A stretch of DNA of 64,000 bases from Calditrichia bacterium (GCA_963777955.1 CAVZSQ010000001.1:96001-160000), one strand, 5' to 3'; counted from the first letter of the stretch, positions 10,379 through 19,900 are shown. The notes: a model not told the origin generated them from the sequence alone. A program made the numbers and translations.

Positions 10379-10873
10379 ATGGATATTCAAACCATACAGA
10401 ATTTCCGCCGGAGCCTGCGCAGTATCGAGCGGGAGGTGGAACAGCAAATCAAAAATGACACGGTCTGCTGCGGTGTCTCCCTGGCACAATGCCATGTACT
10501 GATGGAGTTGGGTCTGGGCGGGGGCATGACCATTGCTGAACTGGCGGAAATTATCAAACTTGATAAAAGCACCCTCAGCCGTACCATTGATAGTCTGGTG
10601 CAGACAGGCCTGGTAGACCGCACTATCGATCCCGCGGACCGGCGCTATATGCAGATTAAACTTACCGAACAGGGTCATAAGGTTTTCAATGACATCAACA
10701 CCGGTTGTAATCAACTTTATTTGAAAGTATTTGATTTGATCCCAACTGCGAAACACAAACAGGTAATCGATAACCTGGGACTCTTTGCCAGGGCACTCGC
10801 AAAGGTGCATAAAGATGAGTCTGCCGTTATTAACTGTTTCTGTGCGGTTGATGATAGAAAGGAGAAGTCATGA
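10379..10873 (+). CDS. MarR family transcriptional regulator, cysteine-rich
   Basis: SLAQCHVLMEL, ELAEIIKLDKSTLSRTIDSLV..GLV.R..DP.DRR wHTH; CCG near N-terminus and NCFC near C-terminus; start chosen after AGGA RBS (ORF track starts at 10361). Confidence 0.9.
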   Translation: MDIQTIQNFRRSLRSIEREVEQQIKNDTVCCGVSLAQCHVLMELGLGGGMTIAELAEIIKLDKSTLSRTIDSLVQTGLVDRTIDPADRRYMQIKLTEQGHKVFNDINTGCNQLYLKVFDLIPTAKHKQVIDNLGLFARALAKVHKDESAVINCFCAVDDRKEKS

Positions 10874-11949
10874 GCGATACCTGTGGACCCTCCTGCTGCG
10901 GCAGTCAGAATATAAACAGCGGGGTATCAATACAGCCGTTAATCGATGCCGACTGGATCAGCGGATACATGGCCACCAGTATAGGATTGGTTCCTACCAT
11001 CTCAACCGATCTTGACCGTAGTGATCGGTTAAGTGCGGTAAAAGTACGCTGGGGGATCGGACGAATGAATTATCAGATTCCGCCGGGTCTCTATGCAGTT
11101 GGTCAACCGGGAGCATCATCGCCGGTACTGGTCAGCGCCAATTACAAATTAACCTTTGACCGTGTACGTTCACAGTTAAAGGATATAAATGCCTGGATTA
11201 TGGTGCTGGATACCAAGGGCATCAATGTCTGGTGTGCGGCAGGGAAGGGGACATTCGGGACCAGCGAACTGATAAACAGAATCCGCTTGACCCGCCTGGA
11301 CCAGATAGTAAGCCATAATAAACTTATTCTGCCGCAACTTTCTGCTCCGGGTGTTGCCGCACATATCGTTAAAGAAATGACCGGATTTAATATTAAATAT
11401 GGACCGGTTTATGCCCATGATCTTCCTGAATATTTCCGGAATCAATCGCGGATTATCCCGGAAATGCGGCGGATCCGTTTTCCGCTTAGAAACCGTCTGG
11501 CCCTAATCCCGATGGAACTAGTACCGGCACTCAAGTATATTCCCATCTTTCTGATCTGGCTGGTGATCATCCAGTTCCTGCGTGACCGGCATTTGTCTTT
11601 TTCGATACTGACCGAATTTGTACCATATTTTATAGCCGTTCTCAGTGGATCTGTGTTGTTTCAGATCCTGCTGCCCTGGTTGCCGTTCAGGTCGTTTATC
11701 GTCAACGGCTGGTTGCTGGCTGCAGCATTGATTGTAACAACCGGTGTATGGACCGGAACGAATGTTCTATCCCTTCTGCCATTGTTGTTGATACTGCCGC
11801 CGGTTTCGGCTTATCTGGCGGTTAATTTCACCGGGTCAACTACTTTCACCTCATTATCCGGTGTGAAGAAAGAACTGGCCTGGGGTATCCCGCTGATCAT
11901 CGGTTCAATCATAGTCGGAATGGTCATCCAGATTGTCATGGTAGTGTGA
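10870..11949 (+). CDS. hgcA: Mercury methylation corrinoid protein HgcA
   Basis: PGLYAVG, PVLVSANYKLTFD, cap-helix motif GINVWCAAGKGTFG, ILPQLSAPGV, C-terminal TM helices with NFTGSTTFTSLSGVKKE; ATGA overlap with marR. Confidence 0.97.
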   Translation: MSDTCGPSCCGSQNINSGVSIQPLIDADWISGYMATSIGLVPTISTDLDRSDRLSAVKVRWGIGRMNYQIPPGLYAVGQPGASSPVLVSANYKLTFDRVRSQLKDINAWIMVLDTKGINVWCAAGKGTFGTSELINRIRLTRLDQIVSHNKLILPQLSAPGVAAHIVKEMTGFNIKYGPVYAHDLPEYFRNQSRIIPEMRRIRFPLRNRLALIPMELVPALKYIPIFLIWLVIIQFLRDRHLSFSILTEFVPYFIAVLSGSVLFQILLPWLPFRSFIVNGWLLAAALIVTTGVWTGTNVLSLLPLLLILPPVSAYLAVNFTGSTTFTSLSGVKKELAWGIPLIIGSIIVGMVIQIVMVV

Positions 11950-11962
11950 GGAGGATTTTAAA

Positions 11963-12256
11963 ATGGCACTGATATATTTAAAAAATGTAGTGACGCTTAA
12001 ACTGGATACGGATAAATGCGATGGCTGCGGGATGTGCGTGCAGGTTTGTCCTCATGACGTTTTTCACATCGAAAAACGGAAAGCGCTGATAGGGGACAGG
12101 GATGCCTGCATGGAATGCGGGGCCTGTGCCCGGAACTGTGCAGCTGGTGCGCTGTTCGTTCAAGCCGGAGTCGGTTGCGCCACAGCGGTGATCAACAGTA
12201 AAATACATGGCAGCCAACCGGCCTGTGGCTGTTCCGAAACGGCTTGCTGTAATTAA
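11963..12256 (+). CDS. hgcB: Mercury methylation ferredoxin HgcB
   Basis: Two CX2CX2CX3C motifs (CDGCGMCVQVC, CMECGACARNC), GVGCA, Cys-rich tail CGC...CC; directly follows hgcA with GAGGAGG RBS. Confidence 0.96.
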   Translation: MALIYLKNVVTLKLDTDKCDGCGMCVQVCPHDVFHIEKRKALIGDRDACMECGACARNCAAGALFVQAGVGCATAVINSKIHGSQPACGCSETACCN

Positions 12257-12259
12257 AAA

Positions 12260-12286
12260 GCAGGGGCGTAAATTATACGCCCCTAC
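12260..12286. repeat. GTAG-type REP palindrome, possibly acting as bidirectional terminator
   Basis: GCAGGGGCGTA-AATTA-TACGCCCCTAC between convergent hgcB and SRPBCC; supplies the SRPBCC stop codon. Confidence 0.7.
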
Positions 12287-12726
12287 TTGAAAAATCCCTC
12301 GCGAAGATTAATGCCATGTTCCAGATAAACTTTCAAACAACAGAGCATATGCATCCAGCCCTGGCAGTTGCCGTATGAAGCCTCCAGGGCTGTTGGAGTT
12401 TCAGGCCAACCCGCTTCGGCAATGCTGACCATGGTTTTCGCCGGATTGACAGATTCCAATTTGATTTCGACGACAGTATTATAACCACCTTCAGCCGAGC
12501 CCCATTCGAATTGAATTAATGAATTTTTCACCGCCTTTTTGATATAAACAGGAAAAGCGCCGGGATAGTCGGCAAAATCCCAGGTGACAGTTTTTCCTTC
12601 TTCCAGGCGTCCGCTTGCTCCTGCAGTAGTAAAATACTTACTTAATTGAGCCGGATCGGCAATGGCCTCAAAAACGACCGAAACAGGTTTATCGATTCTG
12701 CCCTGTACCTTGAATTTTAAATCCAT
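12283..12726 (-). CDS. SRPBCC/AHSA1 (START-like) domain protein
   Basis: I.KPV..VFEAIADP..LSKYFTT.GASG.LE.G..VTW.F, GNCQGW..ML..LK.YLE.GINLR. Confidence 0.88.
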   Translation of the reverse strand: MDLKFKVQGRIDKPVSVVFEAIADPAQLSKYFTTAGASGRLEEGKTVTWDFADYPGAFPVYIKKAVKNSLIQFEWGSAEGGYNTVVEIKLESVNPAKTMVSIAEAGWPETPTALEASYGNCQGWMHMLCCLKVYLEHGINLREGFFK

Positions 12727-12863
12727 CTATAATTCCTTTCCATTAACCATCTGAATTTTCCTGCCGGCAGATCTGTTTTTTTGACGAAGCCCAGAATCTC
12801 TGTATAAAACTTAAGCGCCTTTTCCTGGTTTTCTACTATTATACTGCTGAGTTTAATTTTCGT
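12717..12863 (-). pseudogene. Truncated VOC/glyoxalase gene remnant (start mutated to ACG)
   Basis: GGAGG RBS, ACG, then KIKLSSIIVENQEKALKFYTEILGFVKKTDLPAGKFRWL; similarity stops after ~40 codons. Confidence 0.7.
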
Positions 12864-12912
12864 ACGAACCTCCAGCTTGAAAATAGGTATCTTCCGAGAT
12901 CTGCTTTTTCTA

Positions 12913-12946
12913 TCTTTGTCTCTTTGTCTCTTTGTACCTTTGTCCC
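12913..12946. repeat. Octamer tandem array (TCTTTGTC)
   Basis: tctttgtc tctttgtc tctttgta cctttgtc. Confidence 0.65.
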
Positions 12947-13380
12947 TATTTAGTCGTCTCCACCAATTCCTTCAAACCATTGAGCACCATTTTCCAATTC
13001 TGTTCAGAATGATTTTTTTCCTCGGCTGTGGCATTATTGTCCTGTGTAATATTTAATCTGGTCCCCTGCTTCTCCGGTTTAAGTTCATAAGTGATGCTTT
13101 TATAATTTTCCGGAGCATCGGGCAAACCTGATAAACTGCTCCAATAAGTAGTTAGGAGTAATTTACCGGGAACAAGATCTATAATGGTACCTTTATCTAA
13201 ATATTCTTTGCCTTCCCAGGTCCCTTTATAAATGATTGGATTGCCAACTTTCCAGTCGGTCTGGACCTCCGTACCAAACAGGTACTGTTTGATCATGACA
13301 GGATTCACCAACGCTTCCCACACTTTAACTGCTGGAGCGTTTATGGTGATCGATTGTTTTGCTATATGATTTGTGTTCAT
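12946..13380 (-). CDS. SRPBCC domain protein
   Basis: SITINAP..KVWEALVNP..IKQYLFGT.V.TDWKVG.PI...G.WEGKEY.DKG, NW..VL..LK..VE. Confidence 0.88.
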   Translation of the reverse strand: MNTNHIAKQSITINAPAVKVWEALVNPVMIKQYLFGTEVQTDWKVGNPIIYKGTWEGKEYLDKGTIIDLVPGKLLLTTYWSSLSGLPDAPENYKSITYELKPEKQGTRLNITQDNNATAEEKNHSEQNWKMVLNGLKELVETTK

Positions 13381-13597
13381 GATATTCTCCTCAGGTTAGT
13401 CTTTAAATGGTCGGATTGCTTAAGGCTGCATGAGCAGTATTTAAATTCGTATATTTTTGAATGAAATCTAGATGTTGTTTATATAACTATTAACCTGAAA
13501 GTATGGTTTTATATTTCATGAAATAGAAAAAAGAGGATTATTAATTCTACAGTCTTTATTCTAAAAAAACACTTGACCTGAATATATTTATTATCGA

Positions 13598-13619
13598 TAT
13601 TTAAGCAGATACTTAAATA
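13598..13619. promoter_or_regulatory. Putative ArsR/SmtB operator
   Basis: Inverted repeat TATTTAAG-CAGATA-CTTAAATA ending 21 nt before the arsR start, downstream of TTGACC (13573). Confidence 0.7.
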
Positions 13620-13640
13620 CTTAATATCAAATATTGTAAA

Positions 13641-14045
13641 ATGAAGTTGGAAAATAGCGAAATATTCAAAGCCCTGGCTGTACCGAACCGGTTGCACATT
13701 ATTGCCATTCTGAAATCACGCGGCCCGCACGGTGCGAAAGAGATAGCCCGTCTGATCGGTATCACCCCCGCTGCGGCCTCCCAGCATCTCAGGGTACTGC
13801 GACAGGCCGGTTTGATTCGCAGTGAAAGGAAAGGGTACTGGATACCCCATTCTATAGACGAAAAAGCTATGGAAAACTGCCGGTGCATCGTCGATGAGAT
13901 CTGTACCTGTCATCCCGGAGGGAAAACCGGTGTAAAAAAGGAGGAAATAAATAATCTGGAAAGTCTGAAAAAATATAAAAAAGAACTGGAACAGGAATTA
14001 CAGTCAGTCCTGAAGCGAATCGATGAAATAAAACAGGGAAAATAA
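13641..14045 (+). CDS. ArsR/SmtB family regulator with C-terminal Cys cluster and coiled coil
   Basis: IFKALA.PNRL.II..L, A.SQHLRVLRQAGLI..ERKG; CRC..DEICTCH; C-terminal heptad helix. Confidence 0.9.
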   Translation: MKLENSEIFKALAVPNRLHIIAILKSRGPHGAKEIARLIGITPAAASQHLRVLRQAGLIRSERKGYWIPHSIDEKAMENCRCIVDEICTCHPGGKTGVKKEEINNLESLKKYKKELEQELQSVLKRIDEIKQGK

Positions 14046-14130
14046 AAAAATTTATCTAACTAGTTAAGTAGTAGCTTAAATAATTAAATAGAAATTAAAT
14101 GTTATCTGAAAAGAGCAAGTGTGAAAAATA

Positions 14131-14193
14131 GTAATTAGTAATTGGTAATTGGTAATTGGAATTTGGTGATTGGAATTTGGTAATTGGAATTTT
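14131..14193. repeat. Tandem heptamer array (GTAATTG/GAATTTG x9)
   Basis: gtaatta gtaattg gtaattg gtaattg gaatttg gtgattg gaatttg gtaattg gaatttt. Confidence 0.85.
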
Positions 14194-14215
14194 GTAAGAA
14201 AGGAGGTGAGACAAT

Positions 14216-14410
14216 ATGTTAGGATCAAAGACAGCACATCATGGAGATTCTTGCTGCAACACGGATCAATCTTCCTGCGGCTGCGGCACATTCTCCCGGC
14301 GCTTTGTATCAGCCAAAGAAGAGCAAACCTGGCTGGAAGATTATAAAAGCCAGTTGCAGAACGAATTAGCCGGAGTGGAAGAGCGTATGCAGGAAATTAA
14401 GAAGAAATAA
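14216..14410 (+). CDS. Small Cys/His-rich coiled-coil protein (DUF5320-like)
   Basis: Strong RBS AAGGAGGTG; HHGDSCC...CGCG followed by RRF.S..EE...LEDYK..L..EL..VEER helix. Confidence 0.75.
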   Translation: MLGSKTAHHGDSCCNTDQSSCGCGTFSRRFVSAKEEQTWLEDYKSQLQNELAGVEERMQEIKKK

Positions 14411-14420
14411 GAACGCCAAT

Positions 14421-14448
14421 GTAGGGGCACGTCGTGCCGTGCCCCTAT
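14421..14448. repeat. GTAG-type REP palindrome between convergent genes
   Basis: GTAGGGGCACG-TCGTGC-CGTGCCCCTAT. Confidence 0.7.
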
Positions 14449-14456
14449 GTATAATT

Positions 14457-16402
14457 TCATTCATCTGTTCGGAAAGGCGCGGCTGGTAATCCTTCTTTGT
14501 TATATAGATTCGCTCCTGCCGGATTATCAGCCCAGGCATATCTTACGGCAATAGGATTTGAAATATTGTCATTCCATACGACTACTTTGTCATTATCAAT
14601 CCTGGCCTTGGCCCATACAAATTTCTTATCCAGGCCGGCGATAGCAAATTGTTTAAGTTCTCCATTTCCTTTCACCATCAGACCACTGCCGGTATTGTTA
14701 AATGTCAAAATGATCTTATTACCATCAATCTGCATGGATTGATAGAGCGGCCCTGAATATACTGCTTGTTCATCACCATAGGCAACCTTTTGCGCGGCCA
14801 GAGCAAGCCTTCGGCCGACATCTTTTTTGTTCAGCGGGTGCACATCATTCCATTCACCGATGTCAATAGCTACCGCCATTGCCGGTATTGGGTAATAGCT
14901 AGCGATTTAAACTGGGCTTCTCTGAATAAGGCCCAGTCACTTTCGGAAGGTTGGGTCTTTTGCTTCCATAAAATTGGGCAGTTGAACAACAGAAACGGAA
15001 AATCTCCCTGAGCCCATCTTCTTCTCCAATCACAGACCAGGGTCGAAAACAGTCCGCGGTATTCATACGGCCTGCCGGCATTGGATTCTCCCTGATACCA
15101 GATTACCCCTTTTATATGATAGTTCAGCAGCGGGGCAATCATACCATTAAATAGACCGACCGGTTTCCACCTTACAAATGTTTCGCCGGCCAGAGGTTCC
15201 ATTACTGCGCCCAGACGGTATTGCCACTCGCCGGTTAAATTAATTTTTTGTTCACCTGACACTATCTCGTATTGCTTATCCGGGACGAATCCGCCGGTTC
15301 CGAAATTACTTATTATTCTGATTACAATTGTATTCTTGCCTTCTTTTAACAGGTTTGCCGGAAGGTCATACCTCCGCGGTGGATACTGGTAACTGGTGCT
15401 GCCTGCGAAACTTCCATTAATGAAAACTGAATCGGCATCAACTATCCGGCCCAAAATAAGTTTAGCCGGTAAGCCAACCATAGCTGCGGGTACATTTAAC
15501 TCTTTTCTGAACCAGACCGATCCGTTTACAACTCCAAGTTCTGTATTTGCCCAATATCCCGGTACCTTCATCGTGGCCCAGCCGGCAGTATTAAAATCCG
15601 GTTTACGCCATGTCCTCTGCGGGTCTTTGTATCCCAGATCCTTCTGTTCTAACTGATCATACCAATTCTGTATCCTGGTTCTGTCCTGTGTTTCAATTTG
15701 TTTGATCAGGGTGCTGTCTTTGAATCGTACTGCTTCCTGATAATATCGGGGGAATACCTTTATGGCCTCCTCGCTGATCCAGGCCTCGGCAGGCGAGCCG
15801 CCCAGGCTGGCATTGATCAATCCGATCGGTACCTGGTACTTGTCATATAGTTCGCGGGCAAAAAAGTATGCGGTTGCCGAGAAGTTCAGCACATTTTCCG
15901 GATTGGCACTTTTCCAGGCACCTGATACCAGGTCCTGCTGTGGTTCATTAAAATTATATTTCTGCGGTATAGCAAAATATCTGATATAATTGTTTTCTGA
16001 GTCAGCAATGTCTGATCCGTAGATTGGACTGACTCTCTTCATATTCAGTTCCATATTTGATTGACCGGAGCAGATCCAGACATCACCAACCAATATGTCG
16101 TTTATGGAAATTGTGTTACTGGCCTTTATTGTCAACGTATATGGACCACCCGCCGGCGATTTTGCCAGCTTTACTTCCCATTCTCCTGAATCATTGGCAA
16201 TTGTTTCATAGGCGGTATTATTAAAACTGAGCGTAATCTTTTCATTACTGGCAGCCCAGCCCCATATTTTAACATTCGCATCCCTTTGCAATACCATGCC
16301 GTCACTGATGAGTTTTGGCAGTCTTACCTGGCCGAAAACAGATATGGATATTGCAAAGGAAAAGAGCAATGTCAGAATGAATATACGGGACTTGTTTTTC
16401 AT
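14457..16402 (-). CDS. Sialate O-acetylesterase (SGNH) family; frameshifts near 14870-15000
   Basis: SDGMVLQR, GDVWICSGQSNME, GVIWYQGESN, then DVHP.NK..VG.RLA, VRYAWADNP, LYNKEGLPA.PFRTD. Confidence 0.92.
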
Positions 16403-16427
16403 AAATACTCCAGTAAATTACGTGAAT

Positions 16428-18453
16428 TTAATTAACCTTGGCATGATAAAGAAATTCCGGTGGCAGTGGTAGTTGGGCTTTACCAGGTGAACTCCAGGAT
16501 ACTTTCAGTCCATCCCCGCCGCCACGCTGGAAAAAATATACGCTGATGAGTGTGAAATCCTCTGGCCAGTGCTTTTTCACCCTTTTTTTCGACCATGGCA
16601 TGCAAACCATCGTTATCGATTAATTCCTCTCCGTCGATCATCAATTTACTGCCGTCATCGGATTCCAGATAAAAAATGTAGATGTTATCAGCCGGCACAT
16701 CCGGAGCAATCCCGTTAAAGACAATACCATACGACTCATTCTGTTCTTTCAGGGCCAGGTCAAAATCATTGCAGATTCCGCTTTTAACAGGTTTAAGTAT
16801 GGTGAAATCGGGAAGAGTAGACCAGATCGCCCTGATAATACTTATAGCTTAGTCCTTGTTCAGGCTTTTGTACGCTGACGGCAGGAGCAGGAGTATCTTT
16901 CCGGAAAAATTTTACAGTGGTACCACTGACTGCTTTATTATTTACAAAACATTTAGCTTTGACCGTCAGGCTTTTACCCGGCGCAATTTTCAATTCACCA
17001 TTGTAGATATCACTGGCGGCATTGGGCTCGGAATCGTCAAGGGTATAGCGCAGTTCGACTGCCGGCAGGTTCGAGGAAATCTGAATCGATAAACTGTCGA
17101 TAAAAATATTCGCCGGCGCCGTAATCTCCGGAGCATCGTACACCTGCGGTGTTCCCTTGATTTCCATTACGATCACAGTGGCATAATCGGATTTTTTTAC
17201 TTTGGATCAGATCAACCGTTATGGTGGCATCATGTCTGGACGTCTTAAGCGACTCATGCCCGGGATCAGACAGAGCATAGACTTTAATAATTTCGTTCTG
17301 AAGTCCGTCCAATTTCAATTGACCATCCTCCGGGAAAGTAAAAATATGCAGGTATAATTTGGTAACATTTTTCTCTTTTCTCTGAGTACATCTTCCCCAC
17401 GGTATATAATTAAAGGGACTTGCCAGTGTTCCGTAGATGGCTTCACCGTTTGTATTTAACCAGGCGCCGATTTGTTTCAGGCGTACAATGGATGGTTCAG
17501 GGATTTCGCCCAAAGAATTAGGCCCGACATTGAGCAGGTAATTTCCTCCTTTGGAGGTGATATCGATAAGGTTTTGAATCAATGTTTCCGGACTTTTCCA
17601 ATTATTATCACCGCTTTTAAAACCCCAGGTATCGTTCATGGTCATGCAGGCTTCCCAATTTTTTCCGGGTATGCCGGTGGCAGGAATATATTGTTCCGGT
17701 GTTTGAAAATCACCTTCGATTTCTCCGCCCAGCCGGTTATTGGTAATTATACCGGGTTGAAGTTCAAGCAAAGGAATGAATTTCGCAGCCCTTTGCGGAG
17801 TCATACCTTCGGGAGTATCCCACCACAAAATGGAAATGGGACCGTAATTGCTTAAAATTTCCTTTACCTGCGGCACGGCAATTTTATCGATGTATTCATC
17901 CATATTTCCATCCTGAGCCCGGTCCCAGTGTCCGCCGATGGCCGATCCGCCGGCATGATGCCAATCCTGTGCCTGGGAATAATAAAAACCGAGGCGTAAT
18001 CCGTGTTTTTTACAGGCAGAGGCCAATTCCTGCAACGGGTCATGCTTGAATGGGGTAGCATCAACGATATTATACTGGCTGGCTTTCGAACCAAACATGG
18101 CAAAACCATCATGATGCTTCGAAGTAATGACGATGTACTTCATACCGGCTTCTTTGGCCAGTACCACCCACTGTTCGGCATTGAAATTAACAGGATTAAA
18201 CTGCGCTGCATAGGTTGCATATTCGCTTACCGGAATTTTCGCGTTATTCATGATCCATTCTCCGATTCCGGGTATCTCCTTTCCTTTATAAACACCGGCA
18301 GGAACTGAATAGATACCCCAATGGATGAACATGCCGAAACGGGCCTCATGCCACCAGGCCAGGCGGTCCTGATTAATAACCGGATCATTTTTACAGGAAA
18401 ATAGCAGGAGAATGGAAAATGTCAGAATGGTCAATTATCGTACTTTTTTTCAT
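16428..18453 (-). CDS. Alpha-L-fucosidase (GH29) with chitobiase-like and PA14 C-terminal domains; several frameshifts
   Basis: WWHEARFGMFIHWG, TSKHHDGF, ILWWD, TPEQ, WEACMTMNDTWG, GGNYLLNVGP; downstream fragments RYTLD.SEP and SDDGSKL.ID...DNDGLH (PA14). Confidence 0.9.
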
Positions 18454-18563
18454 AAACATATACCCTTTATAGTGTATTTTAATCTTTATCAGACTGGATA
18501 CTTCAATTTAAATAAATTTTATTATTGTTCAGCAGAAAATAATGCCAGACTTGAAGAAAAATA

Positions 18564-19676
18564 TTAAACAGGCAATTTGCGATAGGACGACGGGGTAGAG
18601 CCGGTACTCTTTTTAAAAATTGTATTAAATGCTGATAACGAATTAAATCCGGCCTCCTGGGCAATCCCGGCAATACTGAGATAATCCGAATTTGCATCTT
18701 TCAGTAGTTTTTTTGCCTCTTCCACCCGCAGGCCATTAATATACTCGAAGAAATTTTTGCCAATTCGTTCATTCAGTATCTGAGATAAATGGTGCGTAGA
18801 GACAGCTAACTTCTGAGCTAAATCAGGCAGAGATAAATCGCTACTCAGGTAGAGTTTCTCTTTGATCATTATTTCGTTCAACAGGCTGGATATTTTTTCG
18901 GAATCTTCTGTTGATAAAGTTGATTTTTCATATTTTTTCTTTGTTTCCGGAATGATTCCCGGTAATTCCGTGAACCGGCTGCTGAAAATTGCCGGCTGAC
19001 GCAAGCCGAAATACCCCATGGCATAGATAAATATGGCGATCAACAGCCAGACCCAATCCCACTGGCGTGAATCTCCCCCCAATATTTCAGTTATAAAGGC
19101 AAACGGCCAGATCACCAGTTGTCCACCGATCAGAAAATACAGCCAGTGCAGATTTATCTTTTCCAATGCTGAAAAAGAATCTTTTATTTTCCACTGATGT
19201 AATTGCAGTAAACGCAGGGAAAAGTACAAATAAATGATCATCTGAATCATCAGCAGACAGGTAATGAAAAAATTCAGCTGGCTTATCCTTGAAGAGTCTA
19301 AGAGTAAAGGGTAAAGGGTAAAAGTTAATGTGAATATGATGATGAACAAAAAAAGATATATGTGCCGGTACAGATCTTTCCACTGCAATTTCAGGGATGG
19401 TTGGGTTAATGTCCTGACGTAGAAAAAAATCAATGGAGCGATAAGAGCGAATACGGCCTTGGCGAATAATTCATGACTGGTTTTGTTGACCACTAAATTC
19501 TGCAATCCGCTGGAAGCATGAAAAAAAAGCATTGTTGAGAAGATGGTCAGCAGAGCGGCTAAAATACGGTTTGCGGATTTATTACCATCTGTGGCAGCTA
19601 ATAACACTACCACCAGCAGTAACCCCTGGGCTGCCCCGATCATTAACAATATGCCGATAATCAATGTTTTATCCAT
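18564..19676 (-). CDS. AraC family regulator with N-terminal transmembrane domain
   Basis: About 7 TM segments, then KYEKS.L, HHLSQILNE..GKNF.EYIN..RVEEAK, GFNS.SAFN..FKK.TG.TP. Confidence 0.92.
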   Translation of the reverse strand: MDKTLIIGILLMIGAAQGLLLVVVLLAATDGNKSANRILAALLTIFSTMLFFHASSGLQNLVVNKTSHELFAKAVFALIAPLIFFYVRTLTQPSLKLQWKDLYRHIYLFLFIIIFTLTFTLYPLLLDSSRISQLNFFITCLLMIQMIIYLYFSLRLLQLHQWKIKDSFSALEKINLHWLYFLIGGQLVIWPFAFITEILGGDSRQWDWVWLLIAIFIYAMGYFGLRQPAIFSSRFTELPGIIPETKKKYEKSTLSTEDSEKISSLLNEIMIKEKLYLSSDLSLPDLAQKLAVSTHHLSQILNERIGKNFFEYINGLRVEEAKKLLKDANSDYLSIAGIAQEAGFNSLSAFNTIFKKSTGSTPSSYRKLPV

Positions 19677-19794
19677 GTTAAAATATCATGTATAAACGTT
19701 TCGTGTTAACGGATTCATTAACCATGGTAAATCAGCATAAATAAAATTAATGTAATCCAGTATATATTTCAATTCCCGCTTCTCAAAACTCTCC

Positions 19795-19831
19795 CAAACC
19801 GATAGGATTGATATACTTTCCTATCGGTTTG
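19795..19831. promoter_or_regulatory. 13-bp perfect inverted repeat in a divergent intergenic region
   Basis: CAAACCGATAGGA-(11 nt)-TCCTATCGGTTTG. Confidence 0.55.
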
Positions 19832-19900
19832 AGCGATTTCCCGGTTGGAATTCCCTATAATTCCGGCATAAACAGTAATCATTGACCGGAGGAATAGTAT

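Noticed and set aside
10870..12256. Selenocysteine-containing HgcA/HgcB
   Set aside because: Cap-helix residue is encoded by TGT (Cys) and both frames are open without internal TGA
14131..14193. CRISPR array
   Set aside because: Contiguous 7-bp units without spacers; no cas genes
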